Shown: positions 40,702 to 50,475, numbered from the stretch's first letter. The stretch: 64,000 nt of DNA from a virus (IMGVR_UViG_3300029288_000059:161237-225236), one strand, 5' to 3'. The notes: generated by a model not told the origin, from the letters alone. Translations and numbers: made by a program.

Positions 40702-41208
40702 TTAACTCAAGTTAAAGTAAATATGTTTATTATGAACCACGTTCTTCTTAGCAGTTTTCATCCATCTTTGTTTTTTATAAACTCGTTTATGAACGTAATA
40801 AAGACTACCATTTGTATTGTCGGGTAACATACCTTTATACATACTAGTGGCTAATGTATATATCTTAGACCACGAATCTTTATCATCTATTTTATAATTA
40901 TTAGAAGTCCAACTAAATTGTTTAGGTTTAAATATAACGGTGCATGGAGTCGTGGCAGTATGTTTAGCTCTGTTTAGTACAACATTACTAACCGCCATCA
41001 TATCGTCCTGTGTTGAACCTCTAGCTTCGTGATACATATTAAGTGCGAGACATTGTATCTGTTTAGACTGTTCTATCTTTGATTGTTTTTCTTTTGTACT
41101 GTTTGGGGTAATTACTAATAATGATAGCAAGATGGAGAAAGTTAATTTCTTCACTGTTTCATTCCCTTTGATGTTTATAAAGTAATGGGAGATATTTAAA
41201 TCTCCCAT
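40702..41208 (-). CDS. SleB-like cell wall hydrolase
   Basis: CLALNMYHEARG, V.NVVLNR, KQFSW, T.GS.YY; hydrophobic N-terminal anchor. Confidence 0.88.
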   Translation of the reverse strand: MGDLNISHYFINIKGNETVKKLTFSILLSLLVITPNSTKEKQSKIEQSKQIQCLALNMYHEARGSTQDDMMAVSNVVLNRAKHTATTPCTVIFKPKQFSWTSNNYKIDDKDSWSKIYTLATSMYKGMLPDNTNGSLYYVHKRVYKKQRWMKTAKKNVVHNKHIYFNLS

Positions 41209-41219
41209 TATATTTAGTC

Positions 41220-41516
41220 TTATAGTCCTAAAATAGTTAATCCGTCTTCAATTTCATCGACTTTGTTTTTTTCTTTAGCCAAGTCATCTTTAAGTTTTGT
41301 ATTAATCAACTTATTAATAAGTGATGGTTTAATGTGTAGTTCTTTATCTTCAATTTTTTCATTGAGTTGTTCCGCTACACTTTTAACTAAGTCTTTTAGG
41401 GCTTCATTTTCCGTATTAATTGCCATACGATACTTAACACCTTCTGTTATTGTAGTAGTCAACTTAGTCTTTTCATCCGTTGACAATGTTCTACGGTCGA
41501 ATACTGTATCTTTCAT
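41220..41516 (-). CDS. T4 DsbA-like DNA-binding protein
   Basis: Size and pattern (I.E.V......E..E..K......E...I....INKLI) resemble DsbA. Confidence 0.55.
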   Translation of the reverse strand: MKDTVFDRRTLSTDEKTKLTTTITEGVKYRMAINTENEALKDLVKSVAEQLNEKIEDKELHIKPSLINKLINTKLKDDLAKEKNKVDEIEDGLTILGL

Positions 41517-41593
41517 AATCTAATTCCTTATCATGGTTAAAAACGTTTCAACCGTAATAATAGAGTAAGATTAAGGTTTGTCAAATATAATTT

Positions 41594-42607
41594 TTAATGC
41601 CATAATCCAGGTAAGTATAGTTCCTCCGATGCTTCGTATGTATGAGTTGAATCCTCTACGTATGATGTATCAATTAAGTCTAAACAACGTGCTACCATTT
41701 TAATTGGATATGAGTTGAATTGATTATATAAGTCATTAACTTTAAACTTAATTGTATCGGCAACGATTGTACAATTATCTTGGTTTATGATACTAGTACT
41801 CAAATCTATACTCTTAACAGTTATATCATTATGTAGTTTTATAGTTCTACCTATCAACGTTAATTCTAATAGTGAGTCATTAACATTGATAACATTACAT
41901 ATTTTCTCGTCAGACGGGTATAATTGTTGTATGGTTAGTTTTTTAACAGTATAGTTTCCTGCTATAAGTAATGTTGATGTAGTAGTTAACCATATTATTT
42001 CATCAATGCGTGATTTAGTTATAATTGGTGCAAATGTAAGATGATGTCGATGATTATCTATATTAAAAAAGATAGACTCGTCGATTATATTATTTATTTT
42101 TAAAATATCAACATCAATACTAGTATTGGCATCAACCATTAGATATCTAATGGAATCAAAATAAAGTTCGCCTGCTTTAATAGTACAACATTTAAAAGTT
42201 ACATCTGAAGTTGGTTGTAATATTTCACCTGTGAAGTTACATCTAGTATACTTTTGTAGTTGTGAACAAACAATACAAGGGAAACAATTAAACACACAAT
42301 TATGTGCAACTAGGGAACACCCACCAATACCATTCATCCTCTTAATTGTAGTATTATCCATTGTAATTTTGATCTTACTATCATTACTATAATTTAATGT
42401 TAATGTTAATTGATGGTTGAAATGACATCGAGATATGGTAATATCCATAAATGGTTTATTACTTATAAATTGAACTGGTTCATTAAACGTGAGACCTGCT
42501 ATATTAACACCACCTATGTCCCATCCATCAAGGTCAACAATACATTCGTCATCAATGACGTTGGAAGGGTTTAGTTTATATAATGTTAATAAGTTAAACT
42601 TCTTCAT
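41594..42607 (-). CDS. beta-solenoid-like paralog family protein
   Basis: CHFN, NCVF, CNF, CTIK periodicity; own promoter. Confidence 0.5.
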   Translation of the reverse strand: MKKFNLLTLYKLNPSNVIDDECIVDLDGWDIGGVNIAGLTFNEPVQFISNKPFMDITISRCHFNHQLTLTLNYSNDSKIKITMDNTTIKRMNGIGGCSLVAHNCVFNCFPCIVCSQLQKYTRCNFTGEILQPTSDVTFKCCTIKAGELYFDSIRYLMVDANTSIDVDILKINNIIDESIFFNIDNHRHHLTFAPIITKSRIDEIIWLTTTSTLLIAGNYTVKKLTIQQLYPSDEKICNVINVNDSLLELTLIGRTIKLHNDITVKSIDLSTSIINQDNCTIVADTIKFKVNDLYNQFNSYPIKMVARCLDLIDTSYVEDSTHTYEASEELYLPGLWH

Positions 42608-42673
42608 ATATTAACTCCTCATTTTAATCTATTATAATAAAATTATAACAAGGAGTCAATATATTAATTGTCA

Positions 42674-42997
42674 TTAACAACTTTCAGTTCCCAAAAAGAC
42701 GCCCAGTTTAATCTCGTCTTCATTGTATCCGTTTTCAATAGCTAAGGTTTTGAGTTTAGTAGTTACGTTAATGATATCGTCTATTATATATTCTTCACTA
42801 CTGACTTCAGCGGAAGTATGTTCACCTATTAGTACAGAATTGGGTTCTGTCCCCCAATCATCAACATACCCAACATGATACTCAGAGAACTGTCTTTCTA
42901 CTGTTTCATAATCCAAGTCGTTCCTACTTATTTTAATACCAACAACTACAAAACTCGAAGAACTACTATTTGATACAAATCCGGTTCTTATTTTCAT
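42674..42997 (-). CDS. MKIRTGFVSNSSSSSF-family acidic protein, copy 2
   Basis: First 17 aa identical to 36436-36930; GGAGG SD. Confidence 0.8.
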   Translation of the reverse strand: MKIRTGFVSNSSSSSFVVVGIKISRNDLDYETVERQFSEYHVGYVDDWGTEPNSVLIGEHTSAEVSSEEYIIDDIINVTTKLKTLAIENGYNEDEIKLGVFLGTESC

Positions 42998-43051
42998 GTT
43001 AAATCCTCCTTTGTTATTACTACGGTCAATATAATATAATTTAAGTCAAAA

Positions 43052-43086
43052 ATAAAGGGTCATATTCGACGTATGACCCTTTATCT
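43052..43086 (-). terminator. terminator after dut
   Basis: ATAAAGGGTCATA/TATGACCCTTTAT stem. Confidence 0.78.
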
Positions 43087-43101
43087 TTAATTAGTAGTAG
43101 T

Positions 43102-43557
43102 TTATACTCCAGTAGAGCCAAATCCGCCTGTACCACGTGTAGAATCGCTTAATTCACTAACGAAAGTAAAGTTAGCTTTTCGAATTGGACATAATACGGC
43201 TTGTGCAATTCTATCCCCTGGATTAATAGTAAATGACTTATCACTACTATTATATAGTATAGTAGCAAGTTCACCCCTATAACCACTATCAACAGTACCA
43301 GGGCTATTCTTAACAACAATCCCATGTTTAAGTGATAGTCCACTACGTGACCTAACTTGTACTTCCGTATTATTAGGTATTGATAGTTTAAAACCATTTG
43401 GAATTAATTTAGTTTCATTTGGTTCTAATGTAATTGGTTCGTCAATACCGGCAGTTAAATCAAAACCACTATCACCTTCATTTTGGTATTTCAACTCCCC
43501 CTTAAAATTAGGGAGGAGTTGAATACTGACATCTGTTAATAAAGAATAGTTAATCAT
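43102..43557 (-). CDS. dut: trimeric dUTPase
   Basis: SGFDL, RSGL, GTVDSGYRGE, DRIAQ, RGTGGFGSTG. Confidence 0.96.
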   Translation of the reverse strand: MINYSLLTDVSIQLLPNFKGELKYQNEGDSGFDLTAGIDEPITLEPNETKLIPNGFKLSIPNNTEVQVRSRSGLSLKHGIVVKNSPGTVDSGYRGELATILYNSSDKSFTINPGDRIAQAVLCPIRKANFTFVSELSDSTRGTGGFGSTGV

Positions 43558-44641
43558 CAGTATTTTCCAATTCTACTTCCGGTTCATCAACATCTTCAGG
43601 AATATGTGTAATCTTTTCTTCTTTGAATTCCAACATAATCCTATCAAAGTCTTCGTGTGTAAAGTCTTTACGGAACTTGAATATTTCAGTACCGTCTTGT
43701 GGCGATACCCATTTATATCGGTTACCAATTTTCTCAAGTACATTTTTCTTAGCGAATAATGTAAATAACCCCGAATATGGGTCCATTCCACTATCCCAAG
43801 GAATACGAATTTCTAAATCTTCAAACGGCTTAGAATATCGTGTCTTAATAACTTTAACACTTGAACGAATACCCATTACTTCTTTCAACTTATTACCATC
43901 TTCATCTTCTTTAAGTTTAAGTTGATTCATTGTAATAATAATAGAAGAAGCAAATACTGCACCCTTACCACCACTTAATTTAGGGTCAGGATTGTATTGG
44001 TCTTGTGAGTCATATATATGATTTGTACATACAACCCCAATGTTTTCACTTGCAATTTGTGATAATACATTACGCATAAGTGCATATAACATCTTAGCCT
44101 TGCGTCCCATATCACCTTTCATATCACCAGTTTCAAATTGTGCTTTATCAGTAGGCGTTAGTAACATACCGAGTGAGTCAATTATAAACAATACATATGG
44201 TTTTTCATTTTTTGGTAAATCACCATACTTTGCCTTATAATCCTTGATAAATGTTGATAGTGTTAATCCTACTTCATCTATATCCGACATTGACAGTTTT
44301 AACATCTTATCATCACTAGTATCAACCCCTAATGATACAAGCCAGTCAGTATCCAATGCATTTTCAGTATCGATAATAATTGGGAATATATCATTGTGTT
44401 GACAATACTTAGTTAAATTACCACTTACGATGTAGGACTTACCACTACCAGGAGCACCTGCAAACATGGTAACTTTACCCTCTAATGGAATACCACCACC
44501 AATAAACTTACCACATACAAGATAGTCTAATACATAACTACCAGTGTGCATCCATTTAATTGGGTCATTAAATCCTGCCGAAATACCAGGAATTGCCTTA
44601 GTAAGACTTTTACGATAGGCAGAAATATCAATTGGTTTCAT
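43550..44641 (-). CDS. uvsX: UvsX/RecA-like recombinase
   Basis: GAPGSGKS, DTENA, IDSLGML, NH.Y, SGG. Confidence 0.93.
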   Translation of the reverse strand: MKPIDISAYRKSLTKAIPGISAGFNDPIKWMHTGSYVLDYLVCGKFIGGGIPLEGKVTMFAGAPGSGKSYIVSGNLTKYCQHNDIFPIIIDTENALDTDWLVSLGVDTSDDKMLKLSMSDIDEVGLTLSTFIKDYKAKYGDLPKNEKPYVLFIIDSLGMLLTPTDKAQFETGDMKGDMGRKAKMLYALMRNVLSQIASENIGVVCTNHIYDSQDQYNPDPKLSGGKGAVFASSIIITMNQLKLKEDEDGNKLKEVMGIRSSVKVIKTRYSKPFEDLEIRIPWDSGMDPYSGLFTLFAKKNVLEKIGNRYKWVSPQDGTEIFKFRKDFTHEDFDRIMLEFKEEKITHIPEDVDEPEVELENTDD

Positions 44642-44660
44642 TCAAACCTCCACAGAATAA

Positions 44661-44685
44661 GAGGAGGGAGTATTAGTCCCTCCTC
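44661..44685 (-). terminator. hairpin between ssb and uvsX
   Basis: GAGGAGGGA/TCCCTCCTC stem; also overlaps the uvsX SD region. Confidence 0.55.
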
Positions 44686-44691
44686 ACATTA

Positions 44692-45783
44692 TTAACCCTG
44701 ACTTTGTTTTTTTTGCTTAAGAATAGCCAAAATATCTTGGGCATTCTGTGTAGATTTTGCAACTACTGGTGCAGGGGCTTCATCTACAACGGGTGTAGTA
44801 ACAGGTGCTACCGTTTCAGTAGTACCATGTTCACCCTTTAATTTAGCCAACAAATCACTAGTTGCCAAACTAGGGGCAGCTTTAATTTGTTCAGCTTCGG
44901 CTTGTGGGGTGACTACTTGTGAAGTAATAGTGGCATCGAATTCTACTCCCCAAGGTTTGAAATGAGCACCCCAACGTCTTACTTCGAATGGACGGTCTGC
45001 CAAACTAGCTTCAAACATTTCAGAAATCATTTCCAATTCTTCACTTGTAGGTTTCTTTGGAATATAATCTGACAATGTATATAAGCCATGTGTATTAATG
45101 GCATTTAGTTCAACTTCCGAAAGTGCATCTTCATCGAATGAGAATGATGAAGAACCAAAATCAGAATAGCTACCATTCATAGTTCTTACAATTTCAAAAT
45201 CCCTACCATTTTCCATATCAGTTGGAATATGTTTAGCTTTGGGATTCATCAACATATCTACTACTTTTTGATGTAATTCCTTATTCAATGTAAATCTACG
45301 AATTGGATTTTCAGGAGTAACATCATCAGTAATTGGATTAACACGAACAAACCCTTGATATACATGATTTACTTTTCTCTTGTATATACGATATTGTTCT
45401 TGTTTCCCATCATTCCACCAACTAGAAGTTAGTTGTTGAATAGGGTCTTCTTTATTAGTAAATATATGACTTTCAGGTACAGAAAGTGGTTCTTTCTGTG
45501 TGAAGTTAAATGCAGGAACCGTTACTGAGAAAGCACCATCTTTACTCTTAATTGTTCCACCCAAAATCTTCGTAAATGGAAGTTTACGAGTTGAAATTGA
45601 ACGCCAAAAGTATTGATTGGTTTCATCATTATCCAACAAGAATCTAACAATCGCACGACTATCAACAGGAATGTCCCAATGTGGATAAGTTACACTTGGT
45701 CCTTTAACGTAAGTCGATGTATTGGAATCATCTTTTGCATTGGCTTTTTCAAGTAATGCTCTCATATTAGCTAAGTCTACCAT
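44692..45783 (-). CDS. gp32-like single-stranded DNA-binding protein
   Basis: IVRFL.D.D..N..FW, YRIYKR, D..NGRDF.I; next to uvsX. Confidence 0.8.
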   Translation of the reverse strand: MVDLANMRALLEKANAKDDSNTSTYVKGPSVTYPHWDIPVDSRAIVRFLLDNDETNQYFWRSISTRKLPFTKILGGTIKSKDGAFSVTVPAFNFTQKEPLSVPESHIFTNKEDPIQQLTSSWWNDGKQEQYRIYKRKVNHVYQGFVRVNPITDDVTPENPIRRFTLNKELHQKVVDMLMNPKAKHIPTDMENGRDFEIVRTMNGSYSDFGSSSFSFDEDALSEVELNAINTHGLYTLSDYIPKKPTSEELEMISEMFEASLADRPFEVRRWGAHFKPWGVEFDATITSQVVTPQAEAEQIKAAPSLATSDLLAKLKGEHGTTETVAPVTTPVVDEAPAPVVAKSTQNAQDILAILKQKKQSQG

Positions 45784-46048
45784 ATTATCTCTCTTTTCTA
45801 TCGCTATTTGTTTTTACATTTGATATCGCATTTGCTTTATCTCTCTTTATCAATTAAGTAGTTAATAGTAAAAACTTAATTGATATACTATTTATAATTT
45901 TAAGAGAAACGTAATTCAGTTAAAGTTTAAATAGTAATCGAATAAACTAATGATAATTACTTACCTTTACTTCGTCCGATGTACAAATATAACTAGATAT
46001 AACCTTATAATCAAAATGATTATTTTTAATTTTTAATAAAAATCATTT

Positions 46049-46070
46049 TGACATTATAAATAATATAGGA
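46049..46070 (+). promoter_or_regulatory. T4 late-type promoter TATAAATA plus SD
   Basis: TATAAATA at about 46056, followed by AGGAG, upstream of a morphogenesis gene. Confidence 0.55.
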
Positions 46071-46079
46071 GTTATAAAC

Positions 46080-46520
46080 ATGGCAAAATGGATACAATCA
46101 CAGTTTCACCCTAAGAATCCTAATAAATGTATTAACAGTCGAATGGGTAAAGTTATACAATCCCGTTCTTCATGGGAAGCATACTTTATGAGATGGTTGG
46201 ATACGAATCCTGGTGTACTTGAATGGGGTAGTGAAATATTTACTATACCATATGTTAATCCATTAACTGGTCGTAATGCCAATTACTATCCCGACTTCAT
46301 TATTAAGTATATTGATAAAACAGGACAACAATTTATAAAAGTTATTGAAATTAAACCAGCCTCACAACACGCAGCGAAGTTAATGGAAAAAGGTAATAAA
46401 CACGATAAAGCGGCAAGATTACAGAATGCTGCTAAATGGACTGCCGCTACTAAGTATTGTCAAAAAGCAGGTATAGCATTTGAAGTTATAACCGAAAATG
46501 AATTATTTAAAAAACATTGA
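46080..46520 (+). CDS. head completion nuclease (T4 gp4-like)
   Basis: F.PKNP.K, RSSWE, WGSE...IPY, YYPDF, IEIKP, KW.AA. Confidence 0.88.
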   Translation: MAKWIQSQFHPKNPNKCINSRMGKVIQSRSSWEAYFMRWLDTNPGVLEWGSEIFTIPYVNPLTGRNANYYPDFIIKYIDKTGQQFIKVIEIKPASQHAAKLMEKGNKHDKAARLQNAAKWTAATKYCQKAGIAFEVITENELFKKH

Positions 46521-46609
46521 GTAATGAAATGTTCGATGTTATGGAAACTTCATTCATCCGTTGTGATGATTGTGGTTCATTGGTATCCGCACAATAAACA
46601 TTAGTAATA

Positions 46610-46642
46610 AAAATAGAGGGATAGTTATTATCCCTCTATTTT
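46610..46642. terminator. bidirectional terminator
   Basis: AAAATAGAGGGATA/TATCCCTCTATTTT. Confidence 0.8.
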
Positions 46643-46658
46643 GTTGAACATTAGTAAT

Positions 46659-47042
46659 TTATACAAAGTCTGCAGTTGGAACGGTATATGTACTACCTGT
46701 ATATAATGCCGTGTCTGATACTACCCTAAAATTAGATACAGTAAAGGTATCAACCCCACCACACAGTTGGCCCCAATGTTCATATGGGGTTGATACCCAA
46801 TCATTACTCACTTCTTCACTTAAGATTAAATTACCATCACGATACGACCGTATAGTAAGGTTATCACGACAGTAAGCATAATGATGCCAAACATCATTCG
46901 TTGGTGTTTCCACATTAAGAAGATTTCCTTTTTGTGATGCATTTAATGAAATTAATGGGTTAGATTGTATTCCAAAGGAGGCATCACCAATCCCAAAAAT
47001 ACCACCATATCCGGTTGTGGTTGAATGGGGGACGATTGCGTT
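46659..47042 (-). pseudogene. 5'-truncated LamG/ConA-like tail-fibre tip domain
   Basis: WHHYAYCRD..IRSYRDG and SNFRVVSDTALYTG..YTVPTADF; frame open to a TAA at 47043-47045 with no good start. Confidence 0.6.
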
Positions 47043-47103
47043 TTAGTATTTAAGATTAACGATGAAGAACCCGTATTGTTTCCTGCGATGGTAGAATATA
47101 AAG

Positions 47104-47613
47104 ATGCTCGTAAAGTTAATATATACCATAATGCAGGGGCAAAAGCGATTAAAGATATGGAGTAAATTAATGAATATTAAACCCGGATATGAAGTTCAAA
47201 TAGTATCAAAATTACCAATTACCTCGCTGGATGATTATGATAAAGTTTATAAAACAGTCAGGGTTGATGGCTTGTCAAAAGATGATGTAAGTTTCTATAT
47301 GAAATTTACTAAACTTTTTGAATATAAGACAAGTGGTTATATGACAGAAGAAGAAGTAAGACAATACTTATTAACAAATATAAAAGATATAATTCATGAA
47401 TACCCTGATACCGCAAAAAACGTATTGGAGTTTATAGCTGACAAGTGCGATTCGGATTACGCCAATGATAATATGCTACTTTATCGTATATATGAATTAA
47501 CCCACAATATATTCTGCATGGATAGTAACTATTATGATTTAAATGTCCTAATAGGATGTACTGTATTTTATCACGAAAAAGAGGTGGTTGATATTACTAA
47601 TGAGTTTGTTTAA
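47104..47613 (+). CDS. hypothetical protein
   Basis: Probable start at MNIKPG after the GGAG SD. Confidence 0.5.
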   Translation: MLVKLIYTIMQGQKRLKIWSKLMNIKPGYEVQIVSKLPITSLDDYDKVYKTVRVDGLSKDDVSFYMKFTKLFEYKTSGYMTEEEVRQYLLTNIKDIIHEYPDTAKNVLEFIADKCDSDYANDNMLLYRIYELTHNIFCMDSNYYDLNVLIGCTVFYHEKEVVDITNEFV

Positions 47614-47616
47614 CAA

Positions 47617-47871
47617 TCAACTATGAAACTGACCACCAGTCTTTAATGCATCATAATATTTGCACATTGTATTATGTAATACTGGAGTTTCAACAATTAA
47701 CCAATGGGATTGGTTATCACTGATTGCCTTCTCTGTTACTTCAAATCCTTCTGCATTACTAGTGAATATAAAATACTCATTACCAATTTTAAATAATCCA
47801 TCACCAGTAATGTCATGTTTTAAATTATAATGTTTATTGAGTGCCGTTGTTAATTCATCTAATGTATGCAT
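47617..47871 (-). CDS. hypothetical protein
   Basis: ORF with SD. Confidence 0.5.
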   Translation of the reverse strand: MHTLDELTTALNKHYNLKHDITGDGLFKIGNEYFIFTSNAEGFEVTEKAISDNQSHWLIVETPVLHNTMCKYYDALKTGGQFHS

Positions 47872-47907
47872 TAAATCTTCCTTTAAATTGTTATATTGAA
47901 ACGCAAT

Positions 47908-48132
47908 TTAGTTCCATAGTTTTTCAAGATTAGCTTTAAACTTTAAGATTGATATTAACTGTATGGCTTCTTTTACAGTGATACCAAACTGAGTTATGAT
48001 TTCATCAACCATTTCATTTACTAATCTTGTTGTATGTTCGATGTCCCTATCACAACTAGACGACGAAAGAACATCGTCATAATAACCATTTCTTATATTG
48101 GTAAAAAATACTGTATTATGATATTTTAACAT
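47908..48132 (-). CDS. hypothetical protein
   Basis: ORF downstream of a TTGACT..TATACT promoter. Confidence 0.5.
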   Translation of the reverse strand: MLKYHNTVFFTNIRNGYYDDVLSSSSCDRDIEHTTRLVNEMVDEIITQFGITVKEAIQLISILKFKANLEKLWN

Positions 48133-48229
48133 TTTGTATCCAACCTATCATGTTTATAATTTTAGTATAACACAATAGTTAATATAGTCAACGTAATTTA
48201 TTAAAATTTATATGAAGTTTCAAATTCTT

Positions 48230-48463
48230 CTACAACTTTACATATTGTTCAATAAACTTAGTAGATACCTTATTAATATCGGTCACTACCCTAGATTCAT
48301 TAAAGTCTTTTAATATTCTTTGTTCACATTCGGAACAGATATCGACATATACCGTTTCGTCTTCGTACTGTGGTTCGTCGTATTCATGGCAACGATGTTG
48401 ATAACGTTGTACTGTTAATTCAAGACGCTTAGACATATTAATAGATTTACAAACATCGCACAT
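48230..48463 (-). CDS. small Zn-ribbon protein
   Basis: CDVC ... CSEC. Confidence 0.55.
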   Translation of the reverse strand: MCDVCKSINMSKRLELTVQRYQHRCHEYDEPQYEDETVYVDICSECEQRILKDFNESRVVTDINKVSTKFIEQYVKL

Positions 48464-48473
48464 TAATTATCTC

Positions 48474-49280
48474 CTAAGTATTAACAACTGGTTCCGCACC
48501 ATCAAATATAACCTGTTCTCGATTAGTCACCGTTGAGAATTTTGGCATATCCAAACACACTAATGATGAACGAATTACTGCCCCCGTAGGATGATATTTC
48601 ACTGGAATCTTTTCCAATTCATAATCCATAAGGTTACGGAGCGTTGTTTCACGTCTAATGAAAGTACCCCGTTTAAAAAACGAAGGATAATCATTGAAGT
48701 TAATTCCTTTAGCAAACAACAACTCTTGCATTTCATTACTATTTTTATTCTGTAATTCTTTATGAGAATAATAATGATGTGCCGCCATACTAATAGCATT
48801 CTTACAGGCATCTTGTTCGCGCCATAGAAATGTATTGGTTGCTTCTATCTTATTAGGAAGATTAAATACTCGACAATCGAAACTCGGCATCCTATCGACA
48901 TACTTACGGAACTCGGCATCTTCATGTTTAATTAATAGATGCATAATCTTTGAAGTTGCCATACTTGATAATATACTAGTCATCTTTTGAGTTTTACCAT
49001 CAAAGATAATACCACTATCATAATGATTACTGTGCCATAATAGAGATATTTCATCCGATTGAGTATATCCCATAATAGCATGAGTCTGCTGTACGAGATA
49101 CTTAGTAACTTCAATCATTAGATTTGACATTCTTGTATCGTATGGTCGTTTCATACCTTTTGTAAATTTACTAAAACCACGTCCATCAATACGGGCATAA
49201 ACTGGTAGTAATGGTAGAAATCTACGATTGGTTTCTACCATCTCATACGTTTTCATCCTATTACCAAAATCATCACTCAT
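48474..49280 (-). CDS. thg1: tRNA(His) guanylyltransferase Thg1-like protein
   Basis: RMK.YE, RIDGRGFSKF, GYTQSDEIS, FDGK.QK, FDCR, WRE.DA.KN.I. Confidence 0.9.
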   Translation of the reverse strand: MSDDFGNRMKTYEMVETNRRFLPLLPVYARIDGRGFSKFTKGMKRPYDTRMSNLMIEVTKYLVQQTHAIMGYTQSDEISLLWHSNHYDSGIIFDGKTQKMTSILSSMATSKIMHLLIKHEDAEFRKYVDRMPSFDCRVFNLPNKIEATNTFLWREQDACKNAISMAAHHYYSHKELQNKNSNEMQELLFAKGINFNDYPSFFKRGTFIRRETTLRNLMDYELEKIPVKYHPTGAVIRSSLVCLDMPKFSTVTNREQVIFDGAEPVVNT

Positions 49281-49292
49281 AATAATACTCCG

Positions 49293-49616
49293 TTATAAGT
49301 TAGAGGATTGGTTCAATAATTCTTTAATGTAATCTTCACGTTTAATAATTGTACAAATAATCCTACGAATAGTAGTACATGGTGCACGACCGTCAGGATA
49401 TAAGGATGAAAAATCACGAAGTATATTCTGTACTGCTATAACTTTAAACATATATCCATTATAACCACTCATAAATTTATAATTGATGCTTGTTGTACTA
49501 CAATCAAAATCAAACTCTATTACTTCACCGATAGCAGGGACTCTATCAATATGGATTGGCGTATCTATAATCTCACCATCTTTAACGATATACAATGGAT
49601 TATTAAAGGGAATCAT
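49293..49616 (-). CDS. hypothetical protein
   Basis: RVPAIGE.I pattern. Confidence 0.5.
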   Translation of the reverse strand: MIPFNNPLYIVKDGEIIDTPIHIDRVPAIGEVIEFDFDCSTTSINYKFMSGYNGYMFKVIAVQNILRDFSSLYPDGRAPCTTIRRIICTIIKREDYIKELLNQSSNL

Positions 49617-49810
49617 GACGATACCTCGGTTATTTTACGTTGTTCATGTATAATAGCATTATTATGTTTGACATAAAACAGTTCACCATCATCACAGAAA
49701 TTTAATTCTTCCCTCAATGAGTCCATAACATCGTCTAATGTTTTGAAGTAGCCTCTATATTTTGTCGTACCATTAATTATTGAACTTAACGAAAATACGT
49801 CTTTTGACAT
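49613..49810 (-). CDS. hypothetical protein
   Basis: ORF coupled to the downstream gene. Confidence 0.45.
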   Translation of the reverse strand: MSKDVFSLSSIINGTTKYRGYFKTLDDVMDSLREELNFCDDGELFYVKHNNAIIHEQRKITEVSS

Positions 49811-49976
49811 TAAACTTTCCTATTTTGAGTTATACTATTTCTTACTATTAACAGATTCAACGGCATCTGTCAATAGTTCTTCAAATGTTTTACTAGAATT
49901 ACGTTTATACGGTCCGTTCACTTTTTCCCATTCTTTTATATCACGAACAAACATATCAATATAGTCTTGAACAACA

Positions 49977-50471
49977 TTATCCATCTATGACTACCTTAGC
50001 ACGATTGATACCATCTTCTACTAATTTAGGCCTACCACGTTTATTCAATCTAATCTGTTCACCAACCCCAACCACCGTAATCAAACGTTGATTGAATTCT
50101 AAATTAACTTCATTCTTTAACCATAATTTCATATCATTTTCTAATATTAAATCACCAATACGTGCATACTTCTTACCAATAATGTCTCTAACACAGTCAG
50201 TATATGCATCAATTTCAATTACAGAATAATCACCATTGGCTTCTAAATTATAGGCTTGGCAAAATTTACCCATTTCCATACCATCGATTAATGTAATGTC
50301 GGCTAAGGTATATACTTTCATCTTCCCAGTTAATACGAACTTAACCGTATTGTCTTTCTTTACAGCTTTTACCATTGTACCACTATGTCCATCACTAACA
50401 GTAAATTCTGTAAAGTTTGTAATGTATTTCTTAACGAATAACGTACTAAATGTACTTTCACACATAATCAT
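49977..50471 (-). CDS. conserved jumbo-phage hypothetical protein
   Basis: IDGM......AYN....G; C-terminal KRGRPK (AT-hook-like). Confidence 0.6.
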   Translation of the reverse strand: MIMCESTFSTLFVKKYITNFTEFTVSDGHSGTMVKAVKKDNTVKFVLTGKMKVYTLADITLIDGMEMGKFCQAYNLEANGDYSVIEIDAYTDCVRDIIGKKYARIGDLILENDMKLWLKNEVNLEFNQRLITVVGVGEQIRLNKRGRPKLVEDGINRAKVVIDG

Positions 50472-50475
50472 AAAA

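Noticed and set aside
46659-47110. DGR template repeat
   Set aside because: No reverse transcriptase, Avd or matching variable repeat with A-specific mismatches in the window
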